From: Octopus bimaculoides
Taxonomy: Eukaryota
Direction: 5' to 3'
NCBI RefSeq assembly: GCF_001194135.2
Contig: NC_068992.1
Span: 65,839,270-65,895,463 of the forward strand
Length of the DNA: 56,194 nt
In this document: in pieces, positions 41,771 to 53,587 of the stretch
Layout of the letters: each line of letters starts with the position of its first letter
Position numbering within the stretch: position 1 is the stretch's first letter
Notes under the pieces: model-generated
Database searches by the model: none
What the model was told of the DNA's origin: nothing
Seen by the model: the letters and a program-made list of their open reading frames with translations, nothing else
Position numbers and translations under genes: made by a program

Positions 41771-42439
41771 CATACATATATGTATATATATGTATGTATA
41801 TTTATCTATAGGTTTTGTATATATTCATTTATTTACATTATTTACATATGTATATACCTAAATTTTACATTGTTATTACTTTCAGTTATTTGGATGAGTG
41901 AAAAGTAAATTTATCAAAAATATCACAGATTCCCTGCTCTGTCAACAGGTAAATTATATTTTTCTTCTCGCTTCTATTGATTTATTCATTTTCACCATCG
42001 TAATTATTTTGTGGCGACGAGCATTAAATTGTAAATAAGACCGTAGCTTTGGTCCTTCTCTGGTAGCAGACACACAAGGAAACAAATGCTAAAATTCCTT
42101 GACTTTCGTAAGTTTTACTGCGCTGTCAGCGCTTGCGTTTTCTATGGTACTTAACGACTGCGTCGACTGGGCTGATAAGATCGATCATTATTGGATATGG
42201 AAACAAAGTTTTTACTGGCTGGCGACAGAGTTCGAATCTCTGATCCTTGAACTGCTGTTGTCCAAAGTTGAAGTAAGAATGCCCACGATGGAATACTGCT
42301 TTTTACATTTGTATCGGTGCTGCTGCTGTCGCACACACAAATATCCTAGCCTGGATCCAAAAGAGTTCGCTCCAATAATTAGCAAAATTTCTTCCTCGAA
42401 ATACTCCAATCTATTTCCTAGGGACAAGCTGTGTTTTCT

Positions 42440-42600
42440 CACTTTCCTTCTTCTACCACTACAACAATGGCCGCCATTCTTCGCAATCTTCTAAATTCGT
42501 GTCACCTCAATTCGGGCCCATCCGAATTTTTCATCTTTTTTACTTCAGTTACTCTCTTGTCGTGTCAACTCGTGTCACTTCCTGTTCTTATTTGTTGTTA
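42440..42600. promoter_or_regulatory. Candidate TATA-less promoter-like segment (overlapping YY1-like motifs and an ETS motif)
   Basis: AATGGCCGCCATTCTT at 42466-42481 (YY1-like on both strands) and CACTTCCTGT at 42576-42585, in a ~600-bp unique, relatively GC-rich island. Motif-only evidence. Confidence 0.25.
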
Positions 42601-42929
42601 TCCAAGACAATTTCGCCGTCGTTGCCCTCAACGAAATTGGACATGTTCGAAGGTCAAGGCACATTTTTAATGAGATTTTTCTCCTCAAGAACAGTCTATT
42701 AGAAAAATACGGCTGAATCAGTCATCCACACTCTCTTCAAATTCCGTTTACTGCTTTAGACCTGTGCATTTGGAGCATCTCATGTGTCTGTGTGAGTAGG
42801 TGTGTATATGTATGTGTGTGTGTGTGTGCGTGTGTGTGTACGTGTGTATATGTTTGTGTATGTGTGCGTGTGAGTATGTGCGCGCGCGTACATTATGTAT
42901 TTCTGTGCGTTTTTGTGTGGGCGCCCATT

Positions 42930-43120
42930 GTGTTCGTGTTGTTTATTATAGATTTACTACGGGTGTTGGTTTGTTTACGTTCCTATAACTTAGCAGTTCG
43001 GCAAAAATCTGATAAGCATAAGTACTGAGGTTCATTTCATCGACTAAACACTTGAAGGCGGTGCTCCAGCACAACCGCAGTCCATATACTAAAACAGGCA
43101 AAAGAATAAAAACAATAAAA
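42930..43120. mobile_element. Inverse copy of the 53070-53270 repeat
   Basis: GGTGTTGGTTTGTTTACGTTCCTATAACTTAGCAGTTCGGC...AAGTACT...GGCGGTGCTCCAGCA. Confidence 0.75.
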
Positions 43121-43141
43121 GAATACATATGTCTGTGTATG

Positions 43142-43179
<38 letters not shown>

Positions 43180-44382
43180 TATATANNNNNNNNNNNNNNN
43201 NNNNNNNNNNNNNNNNNNNNNNNNNNNNNNNNNNNNNNNNNNNNNNNNNNNNNNNNNNNNNNNNNNNNNNNNNNNNNNNNNNNNNNNNNNNNNNNNNNNN
43301 NNNNNNNNNNNNNNNNNNNNNNNNNNNNNNNNNNNNNNNNNNNNNNNNNNNNNNNNNNNNNNNNNNNNNNNNNNNNNNNNNNNNNNNNNNNNNNNNNNNN
43401 NNNNNNNNNNNNNNNNNNNNNNNNNNNNNNNNNNNNNNNNNNNNNNNNNNNNCCAAACAAACAAAACGCGTTTCTAATACTCAAAGATTCGTGTAAAACC
43501 AACACAAGATCGTGAAATCAGAAATAATTCTACAAGACGAAATCATCTCCAAAAATATTCCGTTTATTTTCAGAAACGTAACGTGTTAGAATGGACATTA
43601 TTTTGGGTTGTTGTTTTATTTTTATTTATTAATTTTTTTTTTCTATATTCACTTCTCTATTTTACTGTAATCATAAAAGACTCTTATTCATGTCTGGTTT
43701 TGCAAATTTTACACACCAATGTCTTCAATTCTTGAGGCAGCTGTCTTAATAGTAAATACCGTTTTAAGAATATAACCATATTAATTCTCACCCCAAACCG
43801 CCGTCCCAACGAAAACTCAAATCATTTTTATGGTTTATTGTAATTACTATTGTTATAGCTGTTGTTATTTTTATTGTAGTTATTATTATTAATATTATTA
43901 TTGTTATTATTATTATTATTGTTGGTAGGCTGACGATATAATTCCTTTGTAACGAAATAACATAAACATATTTTTTCCCTGCTTCCATTTTACAAATATT
44001 ATTTTAAAGAGAGGTAAAATAAAATAAAGTATAAAATGAAATAAAAAGAAATTGAAGAAAATAAATATGCGGAAGGTATTTCTAAATGCCAAGAGATGTT
44101 TGCGAATTTGTCATGGGAGAAAACCAGTAATAGAACTAATACAAGTGGAATGGTAAAATATGAAGACAGACATAACGAAACAGATCATAATTTACTGACA
44201 GATATAAGTGACTAACATTTAAGATCTAGCCAACTATAAAGAACATACACAGCGTGCTCAATGCGTAAAAGAAACGATATATATATATATATATATAGTT
44301 GAAATTTACAGAAAAACAAAAGACGAAGACATGTGTATAAACAACAAGTACGTTAGTTTGATGCTTGGGACGGTGAGAAAGT

Positions 44383-44418
44383 CTTTTACGTTTCGAGCCT
44401 ACGCTCTTCAACAGAAAG
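44383..44418 (-). ncRNA. Hammerhead-like motif with non-canonical core (U at position 6)
   Basis: Minus strand reads CUUU-CUGUUGA-A-GAGC-GUAG-GCUC-GAAAC-GUA-AAAG: 4-bp stem I, 4-bp stem II, AC/GU minimal stem III, GUA triplet. The core departs from CUGANGA at A6. Confidence 0.4.
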
Positions 44419-44523
44419 GAACACGAGGAAATAAACAGAGAGGGAATTAAAAAAAAAAACTTTTGTAGCTAGCGGTCAATATACACACATATATACATAC
44501 ATACATACATACATGCATACATA

Positions 44524-44571
<48 letters not shown>

Positions 44572-44965
44572 AATTTAGTATTCTTAAACAAGAATATTAT
44601 TGTGAGTTGGAAATTTCAACCAGTTAAACTGTCATCGATGGCTTAACTAGTCGAAACTTCGAAGTCACTGTCAATGATATTCTTCTTTAAGAATAATATG
44701 TTTGTACTCTGCAAAAGATATAGGAGTTGCCCATCAGATTAATGAAAAAATCATTTTATAATTGAACATAAAAACAAACAGTAACATATCTTTGTGTGAG
44801 TGTATATGTATTTGTGTGTGCCTGTACGTACGTACATATGTATAAATGTATACACCTATACATAGTTTTTTTTTCACCTATATGTATACACAATCGGAGT
44901 CAGTGAGACGATGTTATATGTACAAAACCTATATAACTAATATAAAAACCAGATGCATACACATA

Positions 44966-45017
<52 letters not shown>

Positions 45018-45779
45018 CACAAAGCCCAAACATTAACATAGGTACACATAGACGTAGTCACAAAGAGATGTTTCATACCCAAACGCATACATAAAACATA
45101 TTCATCCATTAGATTCTGCGAAGCCGGCCGTCCGACTCATCGTTCATTGCAAGAAAATCCAGATGGAATATCTTTAAGACAAACACTAGATAGATGTATT
45201 CTAAATAAATACAAAACTGCATGTTTTTGTTTTTATTTCTGTCGATTTACATGCTATTTGCGGGGATATTTATTGTGATTAATTATCCAAATATATTGGG
45301 TTCTCGTCTTTGGGTTTAAACCATCTGTTTAACCATCGGAATTAATGTTAGATTATTCCAAGTGGAAGTAACAGAAAACTTTCAGTTAGGCGTAAGATCT
45401 ACATTGCTAACATCACTGAGTGCAAACCAGTTATTGTTCAGTACACACGCCTCGGAACCCCACCGGGCCCCTACAAGCACCTACGTACGAACACCAACTC
45501 ACACGTCACCCTCCTCCAGTACAACGTACACAGACATATACAGAAAGGCATGGAACACATACACACTCACACACAGACAGACACACACAAACACACTAAT
45601 CTACTCAGATAATCATACACAGAGAAACAGAAAAGAGATCTCACAGAAACACCAAGACCCACACGTACACTTCCACAATCTTACTGATGCGCGTGCGTGT
45701 GTATGTGTTGTGTGTGCGTGTCGGTGTGCGTGTGTGTATATGTGTGTGACCTTGTACATAACCATTTATGTATGCATGG

Positions 45780-45820
<41 letters not shown>

Positions 45821-46289
45821 GTGTGTGTGTATGTGTGTGATGTGTGTATGTGTATATATATGTGTATGCATGTATATATATATATATACATGTATATACC
45901 TACATACATACCTACATATATANNNNNNNNNNNNNNNNNNNNNNNNNNNNNNNNNNNNNNNNNNNNNNNNNNNNNNNNNNNNNNNNNNNNNNNNNNNNNN
46001 NNNNNNNNNNNNNNNNNNNNNNNNNNNNNNNNNNNNNNNNNNNNNNNNNNNNNNNNNNNNNNNNNNNNNNNNNNNNNNNNNNNNNNNNNNNNNNNNNNNN
46101 NNNNNNNNNNNNNNNNNNNNNNNNNNNNNNNNNNNNNNNNNNNNNNNNNNNNNNNNNNNNNNNNNNNNNNNNNNNNNNNNNNNNNNNNNNNNNNNNNNNN
46201 NNNNNNNNNNNNNNNNNNNNNNNNNNNNNNNNNNNNNNNNNNNNNNNNNNNNNNNNNNNNNNNNNNNNNNNNNNNNNNNNNNNNNNNNN

Positions 46290-46349
<60 letters not shown>

Positions 46350-47227
46350 ATATACAATATAGATAGATAGATAATTATATGTATATATACATATAAAAAT
46401 GTGTGTGTGTGTGTACACATACAGAGGGAAAGGGTGGAGAGGTTTCACCACCAAACTATTCTCTAATTAGATGTTGTAGACCGCCATCAATAAATATTAG
46501 ACCAGATGTGACTGTTAAGTTTCGTGTGAGTTTAATTGCTGCCTAGACTGCCTTTAGGTAAAATTAACTTCAAAGGTATTTCTTAATCAAATGCCCTGCA
46601 GCCATTTCCCTCATCTCGGCACTACAGACTTTGTTCAGGTATAGAGAAAAAGCCCTCTCCACTCCCTCCTTCATTGTCTTTATACGCCACACACCTTTTG
46701 TATTAAACGCTTCGTGGCTGACAACCACTGATTATAAGGAATTATGGGAAGGTGAATCTTCCCACAACTGCTTCAGAAGTTAGTTTTAACAGAAACATCT
46801 CGATGTCCAGGAAGACCAGTGTGAGGTAAATATATGCATATTTTCTTAATACGGGTATATCTGGGATTCATTTACTCGCTACATGCATGCATTTTACATA
46901 GACGTTGATCTTAAGACAAATTAATATACAGATGTATGTATGTATGTATGTTTGCATGTATGCATGCATGTATAAATAAATGACATGAAGTTAATCCGGA
47001 TAGTGAGTCTTGAGTGACAGGAAGCCGAGGAGTGGGGTATATGAATGCTAGATGGCATATTCAACAAAGAGAGATCCCGTGGGGACAATACAACCCTCAG
47101 TTTTTAGGGGCTCTGCGATTGTCTGAAAGCAGTCTTCTTTGGAATTTTTAGATGTTTTGTTGTCCCTTTTTTTGTATCATCTAGCTGTCTGGATGTTTTG
47201 CGTTCTTGTCCCACTTTTTCTATTCAT

Positions 47228-47261
<34 letters not shown>

Positions 47262-47268
<7 letters not shown>

Positions 47269-47373
47269 TAGTTATCGCCAAGCCAACATGGCAGTCCCAA
47301 AATTAGGACGAAAGCTGCCGTGAATTAGCTCCAAGAAGCCATCGCCTCTAGCTAGCTATGTGACACACGAAAC
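47262..47373. repeat. Dispersed repeat block, copy 1 (homologous to 50600-50712), truncated by an N gap
   Basis: Direct similarity to 50600-50712 over ~110 bp. Confidence 0.85.
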
Positions 47374-47923
47374 NNNNNNNNNNNNNNNNNNNNNNNNNNN
47401 NNNNNNNNNNNNNNNNNNNNNNNNNNNNNNNNNNNNNNNNNNNNNNNNNNNNNNNNNNNNNNNNNNNNNNNNNNNNNNNNNNNNNNNNNNNNNNNNNNNN
47501 NNNNNNNNNNNNNNNNNNNNNNNNNNNNNNNNNNNNNNNNNNNNNNNNNNNNNNNNNNNNNNNNNNNNNNNNNNNNNNNNNNNNNNNNNNNNNNNNNNNN
47601 NNNNNNNNNNNNNNNNNNNNNNNNNNNNNNNNNNNNNNNNNNNNNNNNNNNNNNNNNNNNNNNNNNNNNNNNNNNNNNNNNNNNNNNNNNNNNNNNNNNN
47701 NNNNNNNNNNNNNNNNNNNNNNNNNNNNNNNNNNNNNNNNNNNNNNNNNNNNNNNNNNNNNNNNNNNNNNNNNNNNNNNNNNNNNNNNNNNNNNNNNNNN
47801 NNNNNNNNNNNNNNNNNNNNNNNNNNNNNNNNNNNNNNNNNNNNNNNNNNNNNNNNNNNNNNNNNNNNNNNNNNNNNTATATATATATAGATAGATAGAT
47901 AGATATATACACACACATATATA

Positions 47924-47959
<36 letters not shown>

Positions 47960-47987
47960 TGCATGCATGTATGTATGTTTACATACA

Positions 47988-48198
47988 CAGTAATCCCTCG
48001 ACTATCACGGCTGTTACATTCAAAAAACCCCCGCGATAGGTGAAAATCCACAGCGTAAAAACAGTACTGTACTGTATATTTCTTTTATTATTTCTATAAT
48101 CTGTATATATTTATTCTATTATAAATGCACGGAGGAATCGACGTAAGCATAAATAATAAACCGCGATAAGTGAAACGCGATATGGCGCCGGATTACTG
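47988..48198. mobile_element. Tc1/mariner (Tigger/pogo-like) MITE
   Basis: TIRs CAGTAATCCCTCGACTATC(A)CG / CGCGATATGGCGCCGGATTACTG. TA follows the right end and CA precedes the left end (a likely mutated TA TSD). Confidence 0.75.
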
Positions 48199-48996
48199 TA
48201 TATATGTCTAGGTTATAAGCGCTTTCTTCCGTGAATAACAAAATGAATAGCTTGTTTTGAACATATAATAATCGTTTATCAATTTAGATTTGGACGTCAC
48301 AGTTCGCTGACTGTTTAGTCCTGTTAGCACTGTGTCGTCACAGATCCAAATATTCAATTAAATAGATTTCACCATATTTAAACACTTCATATGTGATGTC
48401 AACAAATAAATATATAACACCTAAATACTCCTAAACGAATTCATGAATATTAGATTAGACAATGCAGAATCCTTCATATTAACCGTACTTCGAATATGTT
48501 ATATCGATCAATAAAACAAAGTGAAAACAGTTTGAATCGGATGTTATACTTGCAGCAATAAAAATTAAAATCTTAATTGGTCTAAGAATTAACATTTAAA
48601 TAAGTAGCCGTAATTCAAAATGCATACATAAACATACACGCACATACAATCATATACACTCAAACACATATAATCTTGCTGGTAAATCTCACTGTACGAG
48701 GGCTGGACAAGAGAAATCGAAATTTTCAGAAGAGCGTACAGACTAGCAGCTGTGGCGTACTCGGCTTTGCGCCCATAAAAAAGGACTATTATTATTATTA
48801 ATATTATTATTATTATTGATGATAATTTGATTCAAGTTCGCTCTTATTCCTTGTAAAATGTGTGTGGATAGCGGGTTACTACTTGTAACCTTCGGTATAC
48901 AGAAGTTTTCAATAGCCTTTGAATTGCTTAAAACCTTCCTCATAACCTTTCCTCTCCTTATTATCATTATTATTATTTCTGTTATTATTGTTATTA

Positions 48997-49073
<77 letters not shown>

Positions 49074-49074
49074 A

Positions 49075-49292
49075 GGGCAGCGAGCTGGCAGAACCGTTAG
49101 CATAACGGACGAAATGCTTAGCAGTATTTCGTCTGCCGCGACGTTCTGAGTTCCAGTTCCGCCGAGATCGACTTTACTTTTCATACTTTCGGCGTCAATG
49201 ATATAAATACCAGTTACGCACTGGGGACAATGTAATCGACTAGACCCCTTCCTCCCAAAAATTTTCAAGGCCTTGTGCCTAGAGTAGAAATA
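49075..49292 (+). mobile_element. Full-length SINE (same family)
   Basis: GGGCAGCGAGCTGGCAGAACCGTTAGC...GTTCTGAGTTCCAGTTCCGCCGAGATCGAC...GGCCTTGTGCCTAGAGTAGAAA, flanked by (ATT)n and (AAT)n. Confidence 0.85.
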
Positions 49293-49697
49293 TTTATAGC
49301 AATAATAATAATAATAATAATTGTTATTATTATTATTATTGCTGTTGTTGTTATTATTATCAATAGAAATTATTTCGACAAAGCTATATTTCGTATATTA
49401 TGCCTCAGTCACAAATACTCGTTATTTCTTAACTACGGAGCTAAGGTTAATTCTGAACTGTTTAGCTAAGGTTAATCCTATCATCACTAATTAGATTTAA
49501 TTAACTGCAAAAGATTCCATAATTTGATACAACGTTTACAGATTTCTTTAGATTCTCCAGCGTTTCACTAATTAATTCTCATCTCCAATCATAATCTAAA
49601 AACATGACGTGTACATACGTGTTCATATGTACATACATATACATATATATACATATATACATGCATACACACACACACACACACATACATACATACA

Positions 49698-49777
<80 letters not shown>

Positions 49778-50417
49778 AGTTTTATTCGTTGTTTGCTATT
49801 GTATTCTTTTATTCTCTCTCTGTTCTCTTCCTCACCATCATTTTCTCCTTCCGTCTCTCCTGTTCTCTTCTTTATTTTTCAGATAAATTAACCAGATTTC
49901 TGAGTAATTTGCGTAACTAAAATTTTCTTTTGTTTCATTAAAAATGCATCAGATAAAATTAAATGAAATAATTGCAGAATCTATCAATGAACCTACAAAT
50001 AATATTCACACAACGAGAAAATTTTAAATATTTGAAAACATTCATTTCCATAAACATATACAAATAATATGATTTTCCTTTTAATCAAAAGAAACACAGC
50101 ATTACGCAAAATTAAATATAATCTCAAATAGAGATTTACGACGAGACACTTTCCAGCCATGAGCTCCACATCGATTTTGTCTAAATGCACGGAATCTAAG
50201 CGTGCATTATTTCGTGTGACCTTCCTTTTTTTAAGACGATAGAGTATGATTTGATGGAGATCAGGCTGAACGATTCAATAAATTCTTCGTTTTGTAACAC
50301 ATTTTTTCTTATTTAGGTACAAATTGAAAATTGTCAGGATCTTTATTTTTTTCACTCCATTAATAATCGATCGCGTATCATGAAATTAAAAACAGACTTT
50401 GCTTCCTACTGTTAATA

Positions 50418-50453
<36 letters not shown>

Positions 50454-50495
50454 CTATGACAAGAAAAGAATGAATGAGACCTCGATATTGTGTTT

Positions 50496-50568
50496 TGTCT
50501 TAATAACTGATGAGATGCCGGAGCGGATTTCATCTCCGGTATCCGAAACTCTGAGTTTTATTGTGACA
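50496..50568 (+). ncRNA. Type I hammerhead ribozyme motif
   Basis: Core CUGAUGA (50507-50513). Stem II G-AUGCCGGAG/CUCCGGUAU-C-C (one bulged C, 10-nt loop). GAAA (50545-50548). Minimal near-palindromic stem III ACUC-U-GAGU. GUU cleavage triplet (50555-50557). Stem I UGUCUUAAUAA/UUAUUGUGACA (10 of 11 pairs incl. one GU). Confidence 0.7.
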
Positions 50569-50599
50569 TCCAACTAATTGTCACATATTATATATATAT

Positions 50600-50712
50600 A
50601 TATTAATAGTTATCGCTAAGCTAACATGGCAGTCTAGAAATATAGGACGAATGCTGCCGTTGATTAGCTCCAAGAGACCATCGCCTCTAGCTTGCTTATG
50701 TGACACACAAAC
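50600..50712. repeat. Dispersed repeat block, copy 2 (homologous to 47262-47373), just downstream of the 50496 hammerhead
   Basis: TATTAATAGTTATCGC.AAGC.AACATGGCAGTC...GGACGAA.GCTGCCGT..ATTAGCTCCAAGA..CCATCGCCTCTAGCT.GCT.ATGTGACACAC.AAC is shared by both copies, each following a (TA)n run. Confidence 0.85.
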
Positions 50713-53021
50713 CTGTGTCCATTACAACTTTCGAACAGGGGAGGTCATCAGCTTCGAAGGTTTATATATATTCAGTGAAACACATCCACTGGTTTTCAAA
50801 AATAGAAATATTATTATTTCTAAATCTCTGTAAAGGATACTACGCCAGCAGCACTGGGTATTAAGAATTTGTGTTCTCTTCCCAAGAAACCAAGTTCAGC
50901 CAAAGCTCTGCTCCAGACGGCTTCGTATGTATCCAGTTGCTCCAGTAATAGTATTGTACGTGCATATATACGTAAGTAGTATTGTACGTATACATGTATG
51001 TATATAGGTAAATATGTGTTACTGTATGACTATATGTATGTATATAACCGTTGTTGGTCTACGATTTGGAGACGTAGTACTGAGTGTGTTTAAGTGTGTG
51101 TGTGTGTCATACACACTTACACTCATATAAAGATATATATATGTCGATGCCAGCCAGCGTTCTTGTGCACGCATGCGTATACGTCTGTAGAACTTAAACG
51201 CCTGCCTTGTAAATGAATCGTTTCCCTGAAGGAAGAAATTATTCATCGAAGGCCAATCAATGAAAAAAACTGAAAGAAAATTAGATTTTAAAAAAAATCA
51301 AACACTTTCAAGAAATATAGCTTCCCCCTCCATTTCTGTTGAACTTGGCCACCGCTATACACATACGCCCAATCACCCTCCCACACAAAAATGCACAGGC
51401 GCGATATAAATATATATATATATATANNNNNNNNNNNNNNNNNNNNNNNNNNNNNNNNNNNNNNNNNNNNNNNNNNNNNNNNNNNNNNNNNNNNNNNNNN
51501 NNNNNNNNNNNNNNNNNNNNNNNNNNNNNNNNNNNNNNNNNNNNNNNNNNNNNNNNNNNNNNNNNNNNNNNNNNNNNNNNNNNNNNNNNNNNNNNNNNNN
51601 NNNNNNNNNNNNNNNNNNNNNNNNNNNNNNNNNNNNNNNNNNNNNNNNNNNNNNNNNNNNNNNNNNNNNNNNNNNNNNNNNNNNNNNNNNNNNNNNNNNN
51701 NNNNNNNNNNNNNNNNNNNNNNNNNNNNNNNNNNNNNNNNNNNNNNNNNNNNNNNNNNNNNNNNNNNNNNNNNNNNNNNNNNNNNNNNNNNNNNNNNNNN
51801 NNNNNNNNNNNNNNNNNNNNNNNNNNNNNNNNNNNNNNNNNNNNNNNNNNNNNNNNNNNNNNNNNNNNNNNNNNNNNNNNNNNNNNNNNNNNNNNNNNNN
51901 NNNNNNNNNNNNNNNNNNNNNNNNNNNNNNNNNNNNNNNNNNNNNNNNNNNNNNNNNNNNNNNNNNNNNNNNNNNNNNNNNNNNNNNNNNNNNNNNNNNN
52001 NNNNNNNNNNNNNNNNNNNNNNNNNNNNNNNNNNNNNNNNNNNNNNNNNNNNNNNNNNNNNNNNNNNNNNNNNNNNNNNNNNNNNNNNNNNNNNNNNNNN
52101 NNNNNNNNNNNNNNNNNNNNNNNNNNNNNNNNNNNNNNNNNNNNNNNNNNNNNNNNNNATATATATATATGCATGTATGTATGTAGACATATATGAATAT
52201 ATATATATATATGTATGCATGTATGTAGGTATGTATGCATGTATGGTTATTGATTATTGAATATCGGGAAATGTTCAAAGAAGAGAGATTGTTCCAAGTT
52301 TCATTGATATTTATATAATATTTATATTTCATTAAATCTTTATGGAGTTTGGAAATTCCCAAGACATATTTAACAAACATGGAGTAAATAGTATGGGTCC
52401 GTGCCTTTAGGCATACATGTGTGTGTATGTGTGTGTGCATGCGTCAGCATGCGTGCCTGTATGTGTATGTCTGTGTTTGTGTGTGTGTGTGTGCAGAAGA
52501 GTTCTCAGACGTCTTTTACATCACAACAGCAATGAAACAAGACTGTGACTGCTCGTTCTCATCTTCTGCATGTTTTTCTACACAAGAATCTACATAGATA
52601 GAGGGAGAGATAGAGAGGGGGAGAGAGAGAGAGATAATGATTGACAGATAGACAAAGAAACATGTGTGAGGGTGTATTTTTTAGAGACAAGCTAATAAAT
52701 CGGTGAATGAGATATAGTCGAGCACGATTAGGTTTAACACGTTCATGTACACTTAAACATGGGAAGACCTCCGCTGCGCAGTGCCTGTCTCTGGAAAGAA
52801 ACTTCTCTTTGTGACAATGTTTGTGAAAAACACAATAGTGGTCCTTGAATGACGTCATCGGGACGACCAGCACTCTTTAAACTGAATTATTTCTCTCCAA
52901 AGACAATTTCTGTTGTAGGAGTCTTTCTAAGTAGGACTGTATATGAATGTTATGAATATGCTTCTAAACCACCACCACCACCACAACAACAATATATACA
53001 TGTATNNNNNNNNNNTATATG

Positions 53022-53058
<37 letters not shown>

Positions 53059-53069
53059 TCTGTTTTATT

Positions 53070-53270
53070 TCTCTCAGTCATTTTACTGTGGCCATGCCAT
53101 GCTGGAGCACCGTATTCAGTCGAACAAATCGATCCTGGGACTTATTCTTTGTAAGCCTAGTACTTATCCTATCGGTAACTTGTGCCGAACCGCTAAGTTA
53201 CGGGAACTTAAACACACCAACATCGGTTGCCTAGCGATGGTGGGTGGACAAACACAGACACACAGACATA
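53070..53270. mobile_element. Short dispersed repeat (SINE-like), inverse copy at ~42930-43120
   Basis: GCTGGAGCACCG...GTCGA.CAAATCGA...AGTACTTA.CCTATC...GCCGAACCGCTAAGTTACGGGAAC.TAAACACACCAACATC; the reverse complement of these motifs is at 42960-43085. Confidence 0.75.
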
Positions 53271-53552
53271 TATATATATATACATTAATGAATGAAAATG
53301 AAATGACATAAGATGAAAAGTGAGAGAGCTGAACTGATGCATATTTTATCGAAGGGTACCCATATATATTAATAGGGACCACAAGCGATATTTCAGCCTA
53401 AAGTTTCATGTCAGATAAGAATCACTGTTTCTGTTCTTTTTTCATGGCATGATAGATAGAAAGATAGATATACATATGCATTTTTATACCAATATATCCA
53501 ATAACTGTTGCAACAGTTCTGTAAAGCATGTTAAAAATACAACCTATATTCC

Positions 53553-53587
<35 letters not shown>

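Noticed and set aside
44621-44670. Hammerhead-like GAAAC-UUCGAA-GUC with palindromic stem III
   Set aside because: No CUGANGA or compensatory core and no adjacent stem I; at best a decayed relic.
49075-49160. tRNA genes suggested by A/B-box motifs (also at 7994, 23050, 31730, 55375)
   Set aside because: No complete cloverleaf; each continues into a SINE body.
50728-50753. Minus-strand CUGAUGA...GAAA
   Set aside because: The intervening CCUCCCCUGUUC cannot form stem II, and there is no stem I or III.
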